This document shows, piece after piece, positions 13,620 to 27,779 of a stretch of 64,000 nt of DNA. Position numbers and translations under genes: made by a program. The number at the start of each line of letters is the position of its first letter. Positions within the stretch are counted from its first letter, which is position 1. Origin of the DNA: Sphyrna mokarran (Eukaryota); the NCBI GenBank assembly GCA_024679065.1, contig JAGIQG010000005.1, positions 107,136,001 through 107,200,000 on the forward strand, read 5' to 3'. The notes beneath the pieces were generated by a model, which saw only the letters and a list, made by a program, of their open reading frames with translations, did no database searches and was not told the origin of the DNA.

Positions 13620-13765
13620 CCGATGTAGAGATGCTGGCATTGGACTGGGGTAAACACAGTAAGTGGTCTGACAACACCAGTTTTAAATCCAACCGATTTA
13701 TTTGATAGTAAACTTGCAAGCTTTCGGCTTTGTAGCCTTCTTCAGGGGAATGAGGTGTTCTGGTC
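13620..13765 (-). mobile_element. Penelope pLTR fragment with hammerhead core
   Basis: Minus strand CTGAAGA-AGGCT-ACAA-AGCC-GAAA-GCTT (13718-13745), then AATAAA and the PLE tail, homologous to 45320-45409. Confidence 0.7.
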
Positions 13766-15699
13766 TGCCAGCTGATGGTCTCCCCACGGGGCTGGGGATC
13801 TGAGATGGAGTGCGATGAGTTAGGGATTGTTCTTCCATTAGCAGAGCCAAAAACCCGATAAAATGTCTCTTAACAAGGCCTTTAATTATGCTAATTTATT
13901 TCTCCCCTGTAGGCAGTCAACTGGCATCCAATCTCACCATTAGGAAAATGCCGGTTGGAGTGGTGCTGTTCCAATGCCACCTCCCATCATTTTACTGGTT
14001 CCCATACCTCTGGCCCATGCTCTATGACCCACTTAGCACTGGCACTATTCCTCGCTACAGACATTATCTGGCATTCATTAGACAGTTTACAATCTCAGAA
14101 GCAAGCTTGGACTAAATCTAGTTTCAGACTTCAAGTATTCTCCATGGCATGTTGGGTCCATCTTTTTCACCAACCTCAGCTGATTTTCCAGTGAGACTCC
14201 TGTGATCATGGCTTTGTCACCTCCAACATTCTTCTACTTGCCTTCTCATTATCCAATCAGCATAAATCTCAGCTTATCCAAACCTCCACTCTCCAGGTTC
14301 CGTTCATTCATCAGTAATTAGTATCAATCTCCCTGTCCTTAATAGCTTAATTCTGCTTCACGAATTCAAATTGGTTCACCGCCTCACCCTCTCTCTGATC
14401 TTAAAACCCTCCACACACACTCTTCTTTTGACACTGCTTCTTACGTATCCTCCTCCCTATGCCCTACCAATGGTGCTTCTGATTTCAGTTTTCAGCTCCT
14501 GACACTTCTTCCCTGAATTTCTTGGCCTCACTGTCTTCCAATTTCATTAAACTGCTCCATAAACCCCATTTTTTTTGATTAAACATTTGGTCAGCCCTCC
14601 TAATCTTTTGAGATGGGGTGTACAATAGACAGTTTATTCATTAAAATCCACTTTTTAACTCATTGTGAAGTGTGAGACCGATAAGATTTGCTTCTTGAGG
14701 AGCATTTTCCAACGGTTCATAAAATTTTAAACAACTCTTCTATCTCTTATTTCCCTGTTCTTTTTTGTATTTTACTGCTATGTAAATACTGCTATGATCT
14801 TCAATCTTTTCCTCTCATTATTGGTATTTTTTGAGGATATTTAAAGGATAACACAAAAAAAGGTCCCCCTAGTAACAATGTTATAAAAGTGCATCCAGGT
14901 TGAAATCAAGTATGACTAGACAAACACCAGCAATTCTCAGGTGCTCCAGGTTTGAATATTGGGATAAAATTTCTAAGCTTCAATCCTCAGATACAACAAC
15001 AGTGTTTACAATGCTCCAGTGAATTTTCACTTTTAATCCTAAGCAAATTTCAGCATTTTCTGACTACTGTCATGTTCCACCCAGAGCCACCAATGCAATT
15101 TATAAATCTAATCTATTTTGTGCAAATATGATTTTGTCTTTCATGAATTGCAGAGTGAATGTTTAAATGAGCTGTGGTACATGGGTTTAGCAATTCGATA
15201 TCCTTATCTGGAATTTATCAAATACAATTTATCAGCAATTACCTGCATGTTATTTAAATCATAAATGTGAAAGAAAGGCTGCATTTCTTTTCTATTGTAG
15301 GGGAAGGTCAGTTTTCCAATTAACCAAAATTCACATATGTAAACAGAATCAAATTGACACCACTTTGCATATTCATATGCCACATATTGTAAAAATATGG
15401 TGTGCTTGTACGTTTTTTCCTCTTTCCCTTCTCATTGCCTTCATTGATCAACTCTATTCTGCAATTTGATCCCACGCCTTTGTCGATTACATTGTTGATC
15501 TGTTTATTCTGAGACTTTTCATAGCATTTATCCCCCGACATGTACTTTCAACCTCTGTCCAACAGTACAGCAAAGGTAGAGGAGTAACTGTGTGGAGAAT
15601 CAAAAACATAAAATGATGTTACTCAAATTATGAAGTAGATTGATATCATGAAATATAGTCCTCTAAATTCATCGTGAATAGTTGTGGTTAGAGCCCCAT

Positions 15700-16560
15700 A
15701 TGGATATGAATTTGGCTAAGTGACAAAAAGAGAAAGTGGAGGTTGTCTTTCAGACTGCTGGAAACTACACAGTGATGTTCCACAAGGTTGAGACTAGGAC
15801 CTGGAGGGCTGAGGGGGAGAGCACAACTCCAGAGTTTGCAGATGACACAAGGCTTGGGAATTTTATGAACTGTGAGAAGGATAGTAATTGACTTCAGTTG
15901 ACTGGTGGAACAAACAGACACATGGCTGAAATTTAATGCAGTGAAATATGAAATGATACATTTTGGCAGGAAGAGTGAAGAGAGACAACATAAAACAAAG
16001 AGTGCAATTCTTAAGGGTGCCCAAGAGCAGAGAGACAAGGTGGTATAAGTGCACAAATTGTTGAAGTTGGTGCAGCAGGTTGAAGATGTTAATGAGGCAT
16101 CCAGGTTCCTGGGTTTAATAGATTGAGGCATAGTGTACAAAACATGGAGGTTATGATAAAACACTGGTTCACCCTCAACTGTAATGTAGTGTCCAGTTGT
16201 AGGCATCATGTTTGGGAAGATTGTCAAGGCTTTAGACAGATGTGGAAAAGATTTATGAGTATAGTTTCAAGGATTAAAAATTTTTGTTATATTGGAGAAA
16301 CTGGAGTTGTTGTTTTTAGCAAAGTGAAGGTTTAGAGGTGATTGGATAGGTGCATTTAAAATCCATGAAGGGGTACAGATAGATTAGATAAGGAAAGGTT
16401 GTTCCTGTTTGACAAAAGATTGAGAACCCAGATACACTGTTTGAAGATAATTTGGCAAAGGAATCAATGGCAATATAAGGAACCACTTTTTTTCATGCAG
16501 TGAGTGGTTCAGATCTAGAGTTCACTGTTTAAATTTGTGGCGGAGACAAATACAATCGTG
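15700..16560 (+). mobile_element. Degenerate CR1 LINE (RT and 3' end)
   Basis: GTTCCACAAGG (VPQG), TTTGCAGATGACACAAG (FADDT), TGGCTGAAATTTAATGCAGTGAAATATGAA; many stops. Confidence 0.75.
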
Positions 16561-19500
16561 GGCCCAGATCTTCTGATCTACAGATGGTCCCACCCCAGAA
16601 GATGCGCTATGGCAAGCCTCCAAAGTCACAATGCAAGGACTCAGCAGGAATTGCCTGGGAAGTTTCATCTTCTGAAGGCAATTCCTCTGCATTCAGAATG
16701 CTCCAAAAATTTTTCCAACTCTAAACTAGAATCAGAGGTTTCACGAGGTTCAAATTCATTAACGTGGATAGTCATCCAGGAAATGTTGGATTGAAAATCA
16801 AGGTCTAAATCCCAGATAACTACATAATCTACTTCAATCCTTAAAGCCCTGATCCTACCCCTCTACCTGTATCCACATATCCCTCCAAATTGCTCCTCAA
16901 CCCTCTGACACTCCAACCATCCAATTCCCATTTTAACATGATAAGATAGATTCTCCAACTCCCTCATGATCCTCCTCTTGTGAGCTTCTGACTTCCCATT
17001 CCTGACCCTCCAGCCATGTCCAGACCACTCAACATCCCCGCTACTATAGCTGCTCCAAACTTCAATTTCACCAACTTCCAACTCTCGACCCTCTTATGCA
17101 CCGCCATCTCGATGTTCCAAACTTCTCACAACACTCTTTTAACTCAAATAAGCAAGTCAATCTTAAGTTATCCAAGACCTAGATACCACCCATGAGATTG
17201 AACTGGCCAGGCTTGCTCCACCAGTTACAAATTTTGGTCTTGGGAATCTACTGAATTTCAAACTTAGGACCTTCTATGAGGCGGAAGTTGGTCTTGAATG
17301 TTTACTGCTTCATTACTGGATCCTCACAGCGCTTTCACTGCCAACATCAAGTCTTTGCTGAAGGTAGCCAAGTGTCTTATCCTCCTCTTCATGTCCTCCT
17401 GGAATATTCCCTAGCTTCCAACCAATAAGATTACCAGGCAGGGATCTCAGCCAGGCAATGGAATTGTTGATTCCATATATGGAAGACATTAGGCCTTTTC
17501 CATATAAGATAACCTGAGGGAATTCAAGGTGTTAGAGAATCTGACTAAAACTGGAGAATAAACAAATACTGTTCCTACACTTCTTGTTCCAGCCTCTTGG
17601 GCAAGTCCGGACTTGCCCTGGCTCACCTCTGGCTTCTGTTTGTGTTTCAACTTTGCCTATCCAAATTCCCATCAGCCTGGCTGCAGAGGCTATTGGCTGC
17701 TGTTTAATTTAAATTATCTAATTCTGTATGTGGCTGATCTGTTCAGGCCGTGGCTACATCCCACTGCATCCCACATGTAGCTGGGAGGTCAGAGAATTCC
17801 ATCCATAATTACAGTATGATTACAGTATAATTACACTTGCGTAATCAGCTTTCAATGTAAATGTGAACATATGAATTTATAATAGAAATTTAAATAATAT
17901 GGAACTTTAACAGAGGGCCAGAATCATCTTTGGAATCCTTGGTCCAATTTTATGCTGTCCTCTAATGCATTTGAAATTTCCGTAGGGTTTCGAAACCTCA
18001 TGAAAAACTCAGCTAGAGCAGTCCCTTTACCAGCCACTGGAAAGGCCATTCAACCTGTATGATTCAGAACAGCTCTGCTCATTTGTGATTTGAATTTTGC
18101 AATTAAATATTTGAGGAACATAACGTACATAATTTCAGCCCTGTGGCACCGTTCAAGCCCTTTCTGATGTATTGTGTTCATATTGGCACACCAGACCTTG
18201 AGCTTGGTATAGGACACAATACTGATTCCCCAGAAATGAATGGGGTAAGTTGTGCAGTCAGTTTGCATAAAAGCAAGTTGAATTTCCCTTTTGAAGTGTA
18301 CAAAATGAAAAACAATATGGTAGGTACAGAAAAATTATTTAATCTTTTTGATTTGATTTAGTTTGATTTATAGTTGCAGTTATGACAGGGTGAAGAGAAA
18401 AATCAGCTTAATATATTATTGGACTATTCAAAAGTTCGATGATAGATGCGAAGAATCTATTCTTCTGGGGCAACCTGAACAAGAGGGCATAATCTTTTAA
18501 TTAGAGTTAAGCCAATAGAAATCTATAACTTTCCCACAAAAAAACTGTGGGGGAACTTTGTGGAATTCTTAGTTTCCTCTTTTCAGTGCCGAAGACCTCC
18601 AGTGTTTCCAGTTGTTCTTTGGGCTCGCTTCTTTCACACACTTCTCATAAAAATAAGCTTTGAGGCACATTCTCAGAAAAAGCTCCAGGAAATGGCACCA
18701 ACACTTATCCTAAACATGCTTGAATAAAATCATGGAGGCTGGTGATGAATTTAGATTATTTCCGTACTCCCTCAGCTGAATATTTCAACTGAACATTTCA
18801 GTAATGACATATCGTTTTCAACGTTATATTCTAGGAAAGCATCAAATACAACTTAAAACAAATTATAAATACACATGTCCTCAATAACATTAAGTTCCTT
18901 CTATTTCTCGTATAACTTTATCAGCTGCTATTGATGTCTGATATTGAATATCATTGAATTTGCATTCAGTATTTGGGCTAATTTCAAGGGAACTAAACTT
19001 TAAGCAGGTGCTAAAATAAGCAGACGATCTGCATCTACAGTTTAGCAACCAAATGATTAAGATGAAAATTGCCCTGTATAATCGGTATTAAAGAATTGTC
19101 ACTGTAAAGGCTTACAGCATACTGCAGCTTGCACCATTCATCTTTGTTTCAACTGCCTGTTAATTAAATTAATTAACATTTGGTTTATCAGTGCAGATGT
19201 TTCAATGGGTGAAATTTCAGAGACTATTTTAATGCTTCTTTTAGTCAATGTTCTGAATGCAGTGGAAATTACTTCTGAAAATATCTCAGAATCAACGATG
19301 AGTCAAGAGATACATGTACTAAATCTATCACTTCATCATAAATTAGGGATATAAATCTGACATGTACTTTTGAATATTTCATTAAGATGATGGTCATCAA
19401 AAATATATAATTATACGTAGACGAAGGAAAATAATTGCTCATGTTTAAATTCAAGAACCCAGTTTTCTGTTGAAAGCTTTACAAGATCCCAGCCATTTAT

Positions 19501-20874
19501 CTTTTTTTCAAAGGCCAGTTTGACTCCCTGTTACATTAGAAAATCCCATTCATATATTTATACACACAATCTAGGCTGACATGCTCAGTGCAGTGCTGAG
19601 AGTTTTGTAAGATGTGTTCTTTCAATGTCTCAATTATGAGATCTTCAGACTTGTATGTTTACACATGAACTATTTATTGATGGCCTTTAGTCATTGACAT
19701 GTGTGATGCTGTCTCAAGCAAGTCTATTCCCATATGACTGTAGACATCATACTGTGGGTAGTGCTATTCTTCAGTTCTATGCTAATCCTTGCTCTCCTCA
19801 GCATCTTTACATCGCACTGCCATGCAAGCATATAGATCATCCTGAAACAGAGAGAGTGCAGTATTGTCAGAAACACTCCCTTTCAGTTGATTCACATTAT
19901 CTCCAATCATATTTATGTCTCAACAAGAAGGCACTTCCTGCCCAGTGTGCCAGCTGTTTACCCTCAGGATGCACGTTTTGGTGCCACACAATATTTAGGC
20001 ATTTTGTTTAATTGAGTGAAAGCTATTTCTATTGAAAAAGCTACGGAGTTCTCATTCAGAGTTTAGAAAGCCTAGTTGGAGCCAACAATGGTTCAAGCAC
20101 CTTTGCAAAAGCATTCAGTTTGTAACAATGTTTTTCTATGCTCTGTCTGTTATTTTGCTGTGCGTGATAAAATAAAGAGAGGGTATCTGATATTTAATGA
20201 TGTTGATCAGGTTCCTTGCCCGTGCCAAGATTGAATCTGAGCCGTAGAAATCCATGCTGATCTCCATTCCGCGTGCTTTACTGCTTGTAAAGTGAGCCTG
20301 GAGGTCTTCCTGCTGAAAAAAAGGACCAAACTTTAAAGAAGTGGGTAGATTCAGGTAGATGGAGATTGAACTCTGAAAACTCAGTTTTCTGACCGATCCA
20401 TGCCATTTGCCTGCCCATTTCTGGCTTTAACCGAGGTCAAGCAGTGGGTGGGTAGCCAACCTTCTCAAAGAGACAAATAGTACTTTCAAGATGAGAATGA
20501 GACTGAAAGATCAGGTATCAAGGCACGGACTTGTTTCTTCTAAGAGGGAAGTGATTTCACAAAAAATCCCCAAATCAGTCTCCCCCTCGGAAGCTTCAGA
20601 TTTCATCATGAGGAACTTGAATTACTCCAGTACCACTAGCAAGCCTGATCTTCCCCGATCAACATGTTGGGCCGAAGGGCCTGCTTCCTGTGCTGTGCTA
20701 TTTTTTGTTCTTGACCCCAAACCCCTCTAACAGACATCCTGACAGCCATTAGGTCTCCTCACAGGGATTAGCAGTTAACTTGATTGAAATCTCACCTCCA
20801 CTCAATTGATTTCCCTCCCACCCACATTATGATTCTGGTCCTTTGCACCCAGGTTAGAGAGTAGGAGAAATTCT

Positions 20875-21156
20875 GAGGTGAGTAACTCAGTTCCTGTCTT
20901 CCAAATGCCTGAGAACCACCAGCAAGGCACAAGTGAGGAGTGTGATCGAATACTCTGCACTTGCCTGGATAGATGTTGATCCAACAACCCCCTTAAAGAT
21001 CAACACCAACCAGAACAAAGCTGCTGTTTAATTGGCACTGCACCCACCACATTAACATTCATTTCCTCTGTCATTGATGCACAGTCCAGCACTGTGTATA
21101 ATTGCAGCAACTTTCCAAGACTTCTAAGACATCACCTTTCAAACTAACAACCACTA
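20875..21156 (+). mobile_element. Second LINE family fragment, split by CR1 (resumes 22478-22730)
   Basis: CAAGGCACAAGTGAGGAGTGTGATCGAATACTCT (KAQVRSVIEYS); family sequence ..ACCACTA continues as CCATCTAGAAGGACAAG at ~22478. Confidence 0.7.
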
Positions 21157-22480
21157 ACAAAGATCATTACAGCACCTTCGGCTCATCAAGTCTGTGTTGA
21201 CAGAGCTGCCTCTCTAATATTTTCTTGCCTCTACGTGTTTCATATCCCTTTATTCCCTGCCTATTCATATGTCTATCCACATGTCTTTTGAACGTTGTTA
21301 AGGAATCTGCTTCTAACACCTCCTCCAGCAGCATATCCCAGGCATTCATCACCTTCCATTTGAAAAACATGCCTTTTACATCTCTTTTAAACATTCCCCC
21401 TCTGACTTTCAAGCTATGCTCCTGAATAATTGACCCTTCAATGCTCAGAAAAAGACTCTATCAATTCTATCCAAGCTTGTCATAATCTTGTAAACTTCTA
21501 TCATGTCCCCCCTCATCCTTTGAAGCTCCAGTGAAAACAATCCAAATTCATTCAATCTTTCTTTGTAGTCCATATCTTCCAAACCAGACAAGATCCTGGG
21601 AAATATCTTTTGCACCTTTCCACTGCATTAATGTTCTTTGGCAGTGTAACGAGCAGAATTGTACACAATGCTCCAAAAGCAGGTAATCAAAGTCTTATAC
21701 CATTGCAATATGATTTTCCAATTCCCATACTCAATGCTCCTAACCAATGAAGGCCAGCATATCATACATCTTCTTGACTACCTTGTCCACCTGATTTGCT
21801 ACCTTCAGGGATCTCCATGCCTCGATTCCTCAAAATGCTAATATTTCTAAGAGTTCTACCACTTACTGTATGCTTTCCTTCTGCATCACCTTACATTTGT
21901 CTGGGTTAAATACCATCTGACATCTTTTGGCCCAGGTTTCGAGCTGATTTCCTGCTGTATCCTCTGACAATTCTCTTCACTATCTGCTACTCCCCCAATT
22001 TTTATATCATCTGCAAATCTACCCATCAGACCACCTACATTTTTGTCCAGGTCATTTATATATAATACAAACAATAGAGGCCCCAGCACTGATCCTTGTG
22101 AAGCACAGCAATGCCACAGACTTCCACTGGTACTCTCTGCTTTCTACACCCAAACCAGATTTGTATCCTGTTTACCAGCTCATCGATATTAGCCTGCCAT
22201 GAGGAATCTTATCAAAGGCTTTTATTAAAGTCCATGTATACAACATCCACAGCCTTTCCCTGGTCATTTTTTTTGTCACCTCCCAAAGAACTCAATTAAG
22301 TTTGCGAGACATGATCTCCCCTTCACAAAATCATGCTGCCTATCAATAAGTCTGTTCCAGTATATCCTATCCTTCAGAATCTTCTCCAATAACTTCCCTC
22401 CCACTGTTATAAGCCTCACAGGCCTGTTATTTCCTGGATTCTCTCTTCTTTCTTAAACAGAGGAACAATGTTCGCCACCA
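21157..22480 (-). mobile_element. CR1 LINE, 5'-truncated, degenerate
   Basis: ORFs LGPLLFVLYINDLDKNVGGLMGRFADDIKIGG and KVRGGMFKRDVKG..WDML. Confidence 0.9.
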
Positions 22481-22977
22481 TCTAGAAGGACAAGAACATC
22501 AGTACTGCAAATTCCCCTCCAAATCACACACCATCCAGACTTGAAATTATGTTGCTGTTCCTTTGCTGGGTCAAATTGCTAGATCTCCTTAACAGCATTG
22601 TGAGTGTACCTATACCACGTGGACTACAGAATTTTAGTAAGACAGTAGAACATCATCTTCTTAAGGGTTATTAGAGATGGGCAATAAATGTTAACCTAAT
22701 CAGTGATACTCACACTCTGTGTAAAAATAAATAAATGCAAAACCCCATTCAACTCCCTCACCCAGCATTGAACACCATTATTTGACCTGTTAGTCCCACC
22801 CACACCAGCTCCCTCCACCGTTCCTTCACCTTTTCAATCTTGCTTTCCTCTCCCCTGATGCCCAGTGATCAAACACTCATCCATTCGATCTCCCTCCTTT
22901 CTTAATGGATGCACTCCTACTCCATCCCCCTGGTCAAAGTTCCCCTCCTTCTAGTCTCATCACTTGACTTTCCATGT

Positions 22978-23252
22978 CAGCACAGTGGCACAGTTGTTAG
23001 CAGTGCTATCTCACAGCACCAGGGACTGGGTTCGATTCCCTGCTTGGGTCACTATTTGTGTGGACATTGCACATTCTCCCTGTGTCTTCGTAGATTTCCT
23101 CCCATGTTCCAAAGATGTGCATGTCAGGTTCATTGGCCACATTAGATTCTCCCTCAGCGTACCCAAACAGGTGTTGGAGTGTGGGGATTTTTGTAGTAAC
23201 ATCACAGTGTGAATGTAAGCCTACTTGTGACTAATAAATAAAACTTTAACTT
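22978..23252 (+). mobile_element. V-SINE with alternative 3' tail
   Basis: tRNA head and V core as above, but tail AATGTAAGCCTACTTGTGACTAATAAATAAAACTTTAACTTT; the same tail appears inverted at ~32097-32140. Confidence 0.75.
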
Positions 23253-23261
23253 TTAAAACTT

Positions 23262-23460
23262 ACACCCCATCCAGATAAATAGTGAATAGTTTAGGGCAGA
23301 GCTAGATAGATTCTTGGTAAGCAATAGGGTGAACTGCTGTCGGGAGTTGATGGAAATGTAGAATTGATGTTCCAATCGTATCAGCCATGATATTATTGAA
23401 TTGTGGAGCAGGCTGGAGGAGCTAAGTGATCTTCCCCTACTCCTAACGTAAATGTTTACT
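23262..23460 (+). mobile_element. CR1 3' end fragment
   Basis: GAGCTAGATAGATTCTTG..TCAGCCATGATATTATTGAA..GGAGCAGGCT..CTACTCCT. Confidence 0.65.
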
Positions 23461-25089
23461 TGCATGTTTTTGATTATGTCTCAGTGGGCAAAGGTCAGTG
23501 CATCAAATGATTGAACAACAGTAAGATGTGTTTGAGGTGAGAGAGCTGCCTATGAAGGATGTAACTGGGTGAGTTGTCTGATTGTCAGCACATTACTAGA
23601 TGGTGGCTGTTTTTCAGAGTGTTACATTGATTTTCTTTCTGGTGCTGATTCACATTTTACTTATGGGAATGTAGATTGATAGAATGACCCTAATTACATA
23701 GATCTGCAGGCTGAGATTGTAAAGTTGGCAGCGGGTGCAGTTAATTGGCAGTGTTTTCATGGAACAGATTCTTACCTTGACCATTCTGGTCAAGTTGTTA
23801 AATATTGTGGAATGCTGGACCATGTCCTGGAGCCAAGATATGTGACTGTATGAACTGGACAATTACCCCTTGCACGTGTTGCATTAGTTGCCTCTATGGC
23901 CTTCTTCTGCCCTTTGGGTCAAGATCAAACTTCTTCCTCTGGACCTCCTCCATAACCATATCCAATACCATATTGCAGAACCTGGGTGACCTCTCATTTG
24001 CATGTGACTCCTTATGCCATTTGTCCACTTCCAGCCATCATACTGTGTTATTTCTAATGGAGTGGTGAGTACAGACTTTGCATGCAACACCAGGAAAATT
24101 ACATCTAATCAGCATGTGAGCATTGAACATGTAGTTGTTGGTTTATAGAATATCAATTGGGCTGAAAATTGCATTAAAAATCCAAACAGATAAATGTCAA
24201 ACATTTCAAACAGCCATTTCCTGTAAACCCAGCAACGATTAAGCATCTCTGTATACCCCGTGGGTAAAATAACCCATGAAATATTATAGTGCCTTGATGT
24301 AGCTATGTGTCACTTCAAACAACTTCATAGCGTTAGAAAATAATAAATCTTTGAAAATGGTTGATTTTGTACAGCTGTTTAATGGAAGTAATGAAGTCGA
24401 ATGGATGCTTTAACATCAGAGGTCATCATACGGTACACTTGTCTGTGCTAAAATGGCCCATTAGTATTTCGAAGTGGTCTAACAACATGTGGCTAATCTT
24501 TGCATTTTTAGTTGCAAGCTAAATAATCACAATTCATAATCAATCTGCAATTTGATATTTCGAACAAAATAAATGACCCTAGAAATTTCAGTGCAGTCAC
24601 TAAATAATTGGAATGAGTGCAAGTGAAGTTCATTTTAAGAAGAGAAGAAAAATAGAAACTCTTTGCAATAGTATTAATCTGTAATGTTCAGCGTTGAAAT
24701 GTGTTAGGACTAGGAAAAGAATGAATTTAAACAGACCTCTCACAAAAACAAGTGCTTTGATTTGTTTTCTCTTCTGTAAGCAGTGGTGTGTTTCTTAGTC
24801 CAAATACGTTGTACAATGAAATGGCCCAAATTATAAATGTAGGCTTAAATCTTCCAATCTCGGCGTTGTCTGAAAATGCATGTCAGGACTCTGTAGGTAT
24901 CTTGATTCCCAGGCATATCTGGGAATTATCTACAAACTTTAAACTTCTGATGGGCTGGTTCCCTACTGCCTGGACCTTACATAGGTATCTCTGACTCTGC
25001 GCAATTTACTTTGAAGTTACCCTCCCCAACTAGCCAACCATCTGCCTGACCCAACCATCTCCCTGACTACCTGGTGAGATCCCAACCAC

Positions 25090-25560
25090 ACACTATCATC
25101 TGTGTGGTACAGATGCACTGACAACAGGGAGTTTCAGAATTTTGACCCAGTGACATGAGGGAATAGCGATATATTTCCAAGTCAGGATGGTGTGGCTTGA
25201 AAGGGAACTTGTGGGTAGTGCTGTACCCATGCATCTGCTTCCCTCGTCCTTAAAGATGGTCAAGGTCATGGGTTTGGAAGATACTGTCTAATGCCCTGAT
25301 GAGTTGGCACTGTGCATCTTTGTAAATAGTACACACCTATTGCCATTGTGCATCAATGATAAAGGGAATGAATGTTTAAGGTGGGTGAATGGAGCGCTGA
25401 TCAAGTAGGCTGCTTTTGTCCTGGATCGTGTTAAGCTTCTTGCATAATGTTGGAGATGAACTCGTAGAGGCATTTGGAGCGTATTCCATCGCTCTCCTGA
25501 TTTGTGCCTTGTAGATTGTGGACAGACTTTGGGAAGTCAGGCGGTAAGTGGTTTTTGAGG
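25090..25560 (-). mobile_element. Second LINE family, RT thumb and 3' region
   Basis: Minus-strand peptides LTSQSLSTIYKAQIRRAMEYAP..KKLNTIQDK. Confidence 0.75.
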
Positions 25561-25699
25561 GTGGATAGGGAGAATTGCGGCTGCAAGTGCTTGTGATACC
25601 AATGAATCGGTGCTGGGCGGGTGAATCTTGCATAATAATAGGATCTCAGGTAGCAATTTGAACATCTTGTATTGCATTGTCCTTACCATCTTCCTGCTC

Positions 25700-26220
25700 C
25701 TCCTCCTTTCCTTTAAAATTTTCCAAAGAGCTGCTGTGATCTGCATTTTGTTCCTTCTGCAGATAAACCTCACTGTTGGACAACAGCAATGCACTGTAAT
25801 GATTCTCAAAAACCTGGCTTCTGTTTAATGGAGGGCATGCCCAGATCTATCTGACAACCTGAAGTACATATTCAATATGACAATGACTTCTTCAATAAAA
25901 CAATTGACTGCTCAGATGACAATTACTGTAGCTCCGTTAGATTTGATTGATTGGGTTTTTGACAGGTAGTGTCAGCTGGTATATCTCTTGCCTCCTGGAA
26001 GTCACCTTTTAAGCGTGCTTCCAGGTGTAAAGACATCAAGGGAGTTTGAACCGATGCATGATGACAACATAGCCACTCCAAGGAATCTTGTGCTACACAT
26101 TGATGGAGTCGAAGCTGGAAGATTCAGGATATGAAAGCCAAATTCCTGGGTGATCTAGGGACACTTAGTTTGCCACTTTGCATGTCATTGCTGATGCCTT
26201 GTACCTGTAAAAAGTCACCC
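25700..26220 (-). pseudogene. Decayed PIF/Harbinger (HARBI1-like, DDE_Tnp_4) transposase fragment
   Basis: Minus strand ~25900-25780 reads FIEEVIVILNMYFRLSDRSGHALH*TEARFLRIITVHCC, similar to the Harbinger IExxxGxLKxRFRCLDRSGGALQY..IIxxCC motif; upstream G*LPGGKRY resembles GWLLGDxGY. Confidence 0.55.
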
Positions 26221-26275
26221 AAAGATATAAAGCCAAGGACCCCTTAACCAAACCTAATCTGCAGAGTGCTAACTT

Positions 26276-26556
26276 ATGAATATAGAATATAGAACATTAC
26301 AGCACAGAACAGGCCCTTCGGCCTTCGATGTTGTGCCGACCAATATAAAAAGCAATGCCCCTCCAAACTAAACCATTCCCTTCTCTTCCATATACTTATC
26401 AACTAACCTCTTAAACGACACCAAACTTGGCGCATCTACAACAGCTGCAGGCAGGGCATTCCACTCCCTAATCACTCTTTGAGTAAAGAACCTACCTCTG
26501 ATATCCGTCCTATAACTCATACCCCTTAATTTAAAGCTGTGTCCCCTCGTGCTAGC
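26276..26556 (-). mobile_element. Young CR1 3' fragment (same subfamily as 37153 and 40354 copies)
   Basis: Near-identical to 37153-37430; TRGHSFKLRG..FFTQRVIREWNALP. Confidence 0.9.
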
Positions 26557-26781
26557 ATGTTCCAGTAACATTGGATAAAGAAAACACCAAAAGATTTTCT
26601 GACCAGGGTTCAAAAGGATTTTTCAAATTTTTCATTTTTTTTATATATTGGTGGTTTAATCCTGTAATGTCACATAGCATAAAGTGGAAAATGCCTTAGC
26701 GGTGGCTGAAATGCAACACATTCACTTGGTGAAAGCATTTTCAGGAAACCTTATCGTTGTAACACAATAACGGGGCTCTTT

Positions 26782-26881
26782 GGGTGGGATTTTTTGCCCA
26801 AAAAGTGGAAAACTTGAAGTTAACAGATTTTTGCATGGTCCGCCCACTCTGATACCTATGGCAGGCGGGCGGGAAAATTCC
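26782..26881. mobile_element. Short MITE-like element
   Basis: Imperfect terminal inverted repeats GGATTTTTTGCCC ... GGGCGGGAAAATTCC; similar GGG/aattt ends at ~7960-8103. Confidence 0.45.
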
Positions 26882-27779
26882 TTCGAGCACATATATCTGC
26901 AGAAACATTTGCAGCTGTTCCAAGATAGCCCATTCATTGTCAGTTACACTCACAATGAATAACTTATTGATCCAAAGCTGGCTAAATGCATTGCGGTTTT
27001 GAGGGGTTTTTTTTAATTGAACAATGAGATTCATGTTGAGAGTTGTTTATTAAAACTGCAACAATTTGGTTTTGTTTTTAAATATTTCCATTGACTCTTT
27101 GCTTAGAGGATTTCAATGAAGATGGAATAGAGGCAAATATCTGAATATATCACAATGGTATAACTTGTATTATTCAATAAGCCACTAAACATATAGACTG
27201 TGGATAGGATGGTGGTCCAAGTGGTTGGAAATGATATCCTTGTAATCTGCAAATGCATCATCCTGAAAACACTTTATTGAAATTTGAACGCATTGCATCA
27301 TTTCTAACTCACTTCCAGGCATTGAAAGCCAAATTTTCCACTTACCTTCCAGACTTGGCATTATGCAAGCAAGTGTGGTGGAACATGAAGACCTGTGCAT
27401 GCTTGGAAATTGATCCTCAGCCCCAATATAGTCATGATGAAGGGCCAAATCACCCCTCCAGAGGGAGATCAGCCCAGAGAGAGCATCAACATCAGCACCT
27501 TCCTCACTGACAGCCACTAGAGAGAGGTTCTGGCGGAGTTAAAGCAGGGCGGCAGGGAGTGGGGGATGGGGTGGGCACTGGGTGGTGGTTGGCAGGATTT
27601 CTGTGGAGAGGAGACACTGTCTAAGTAATGGATCATGGCACCTGCGGCATCAGAGTTTACTTTGTTGTAAAGATAAAAATAATCATTCTGAAACTTAACC
27701 ATGAGTGTGAAGACTACTGAACAATTCATGTACCTGCCCCTATTACTGTTAGTTAATTCCAGCTGAATCCTTCAAGAAG

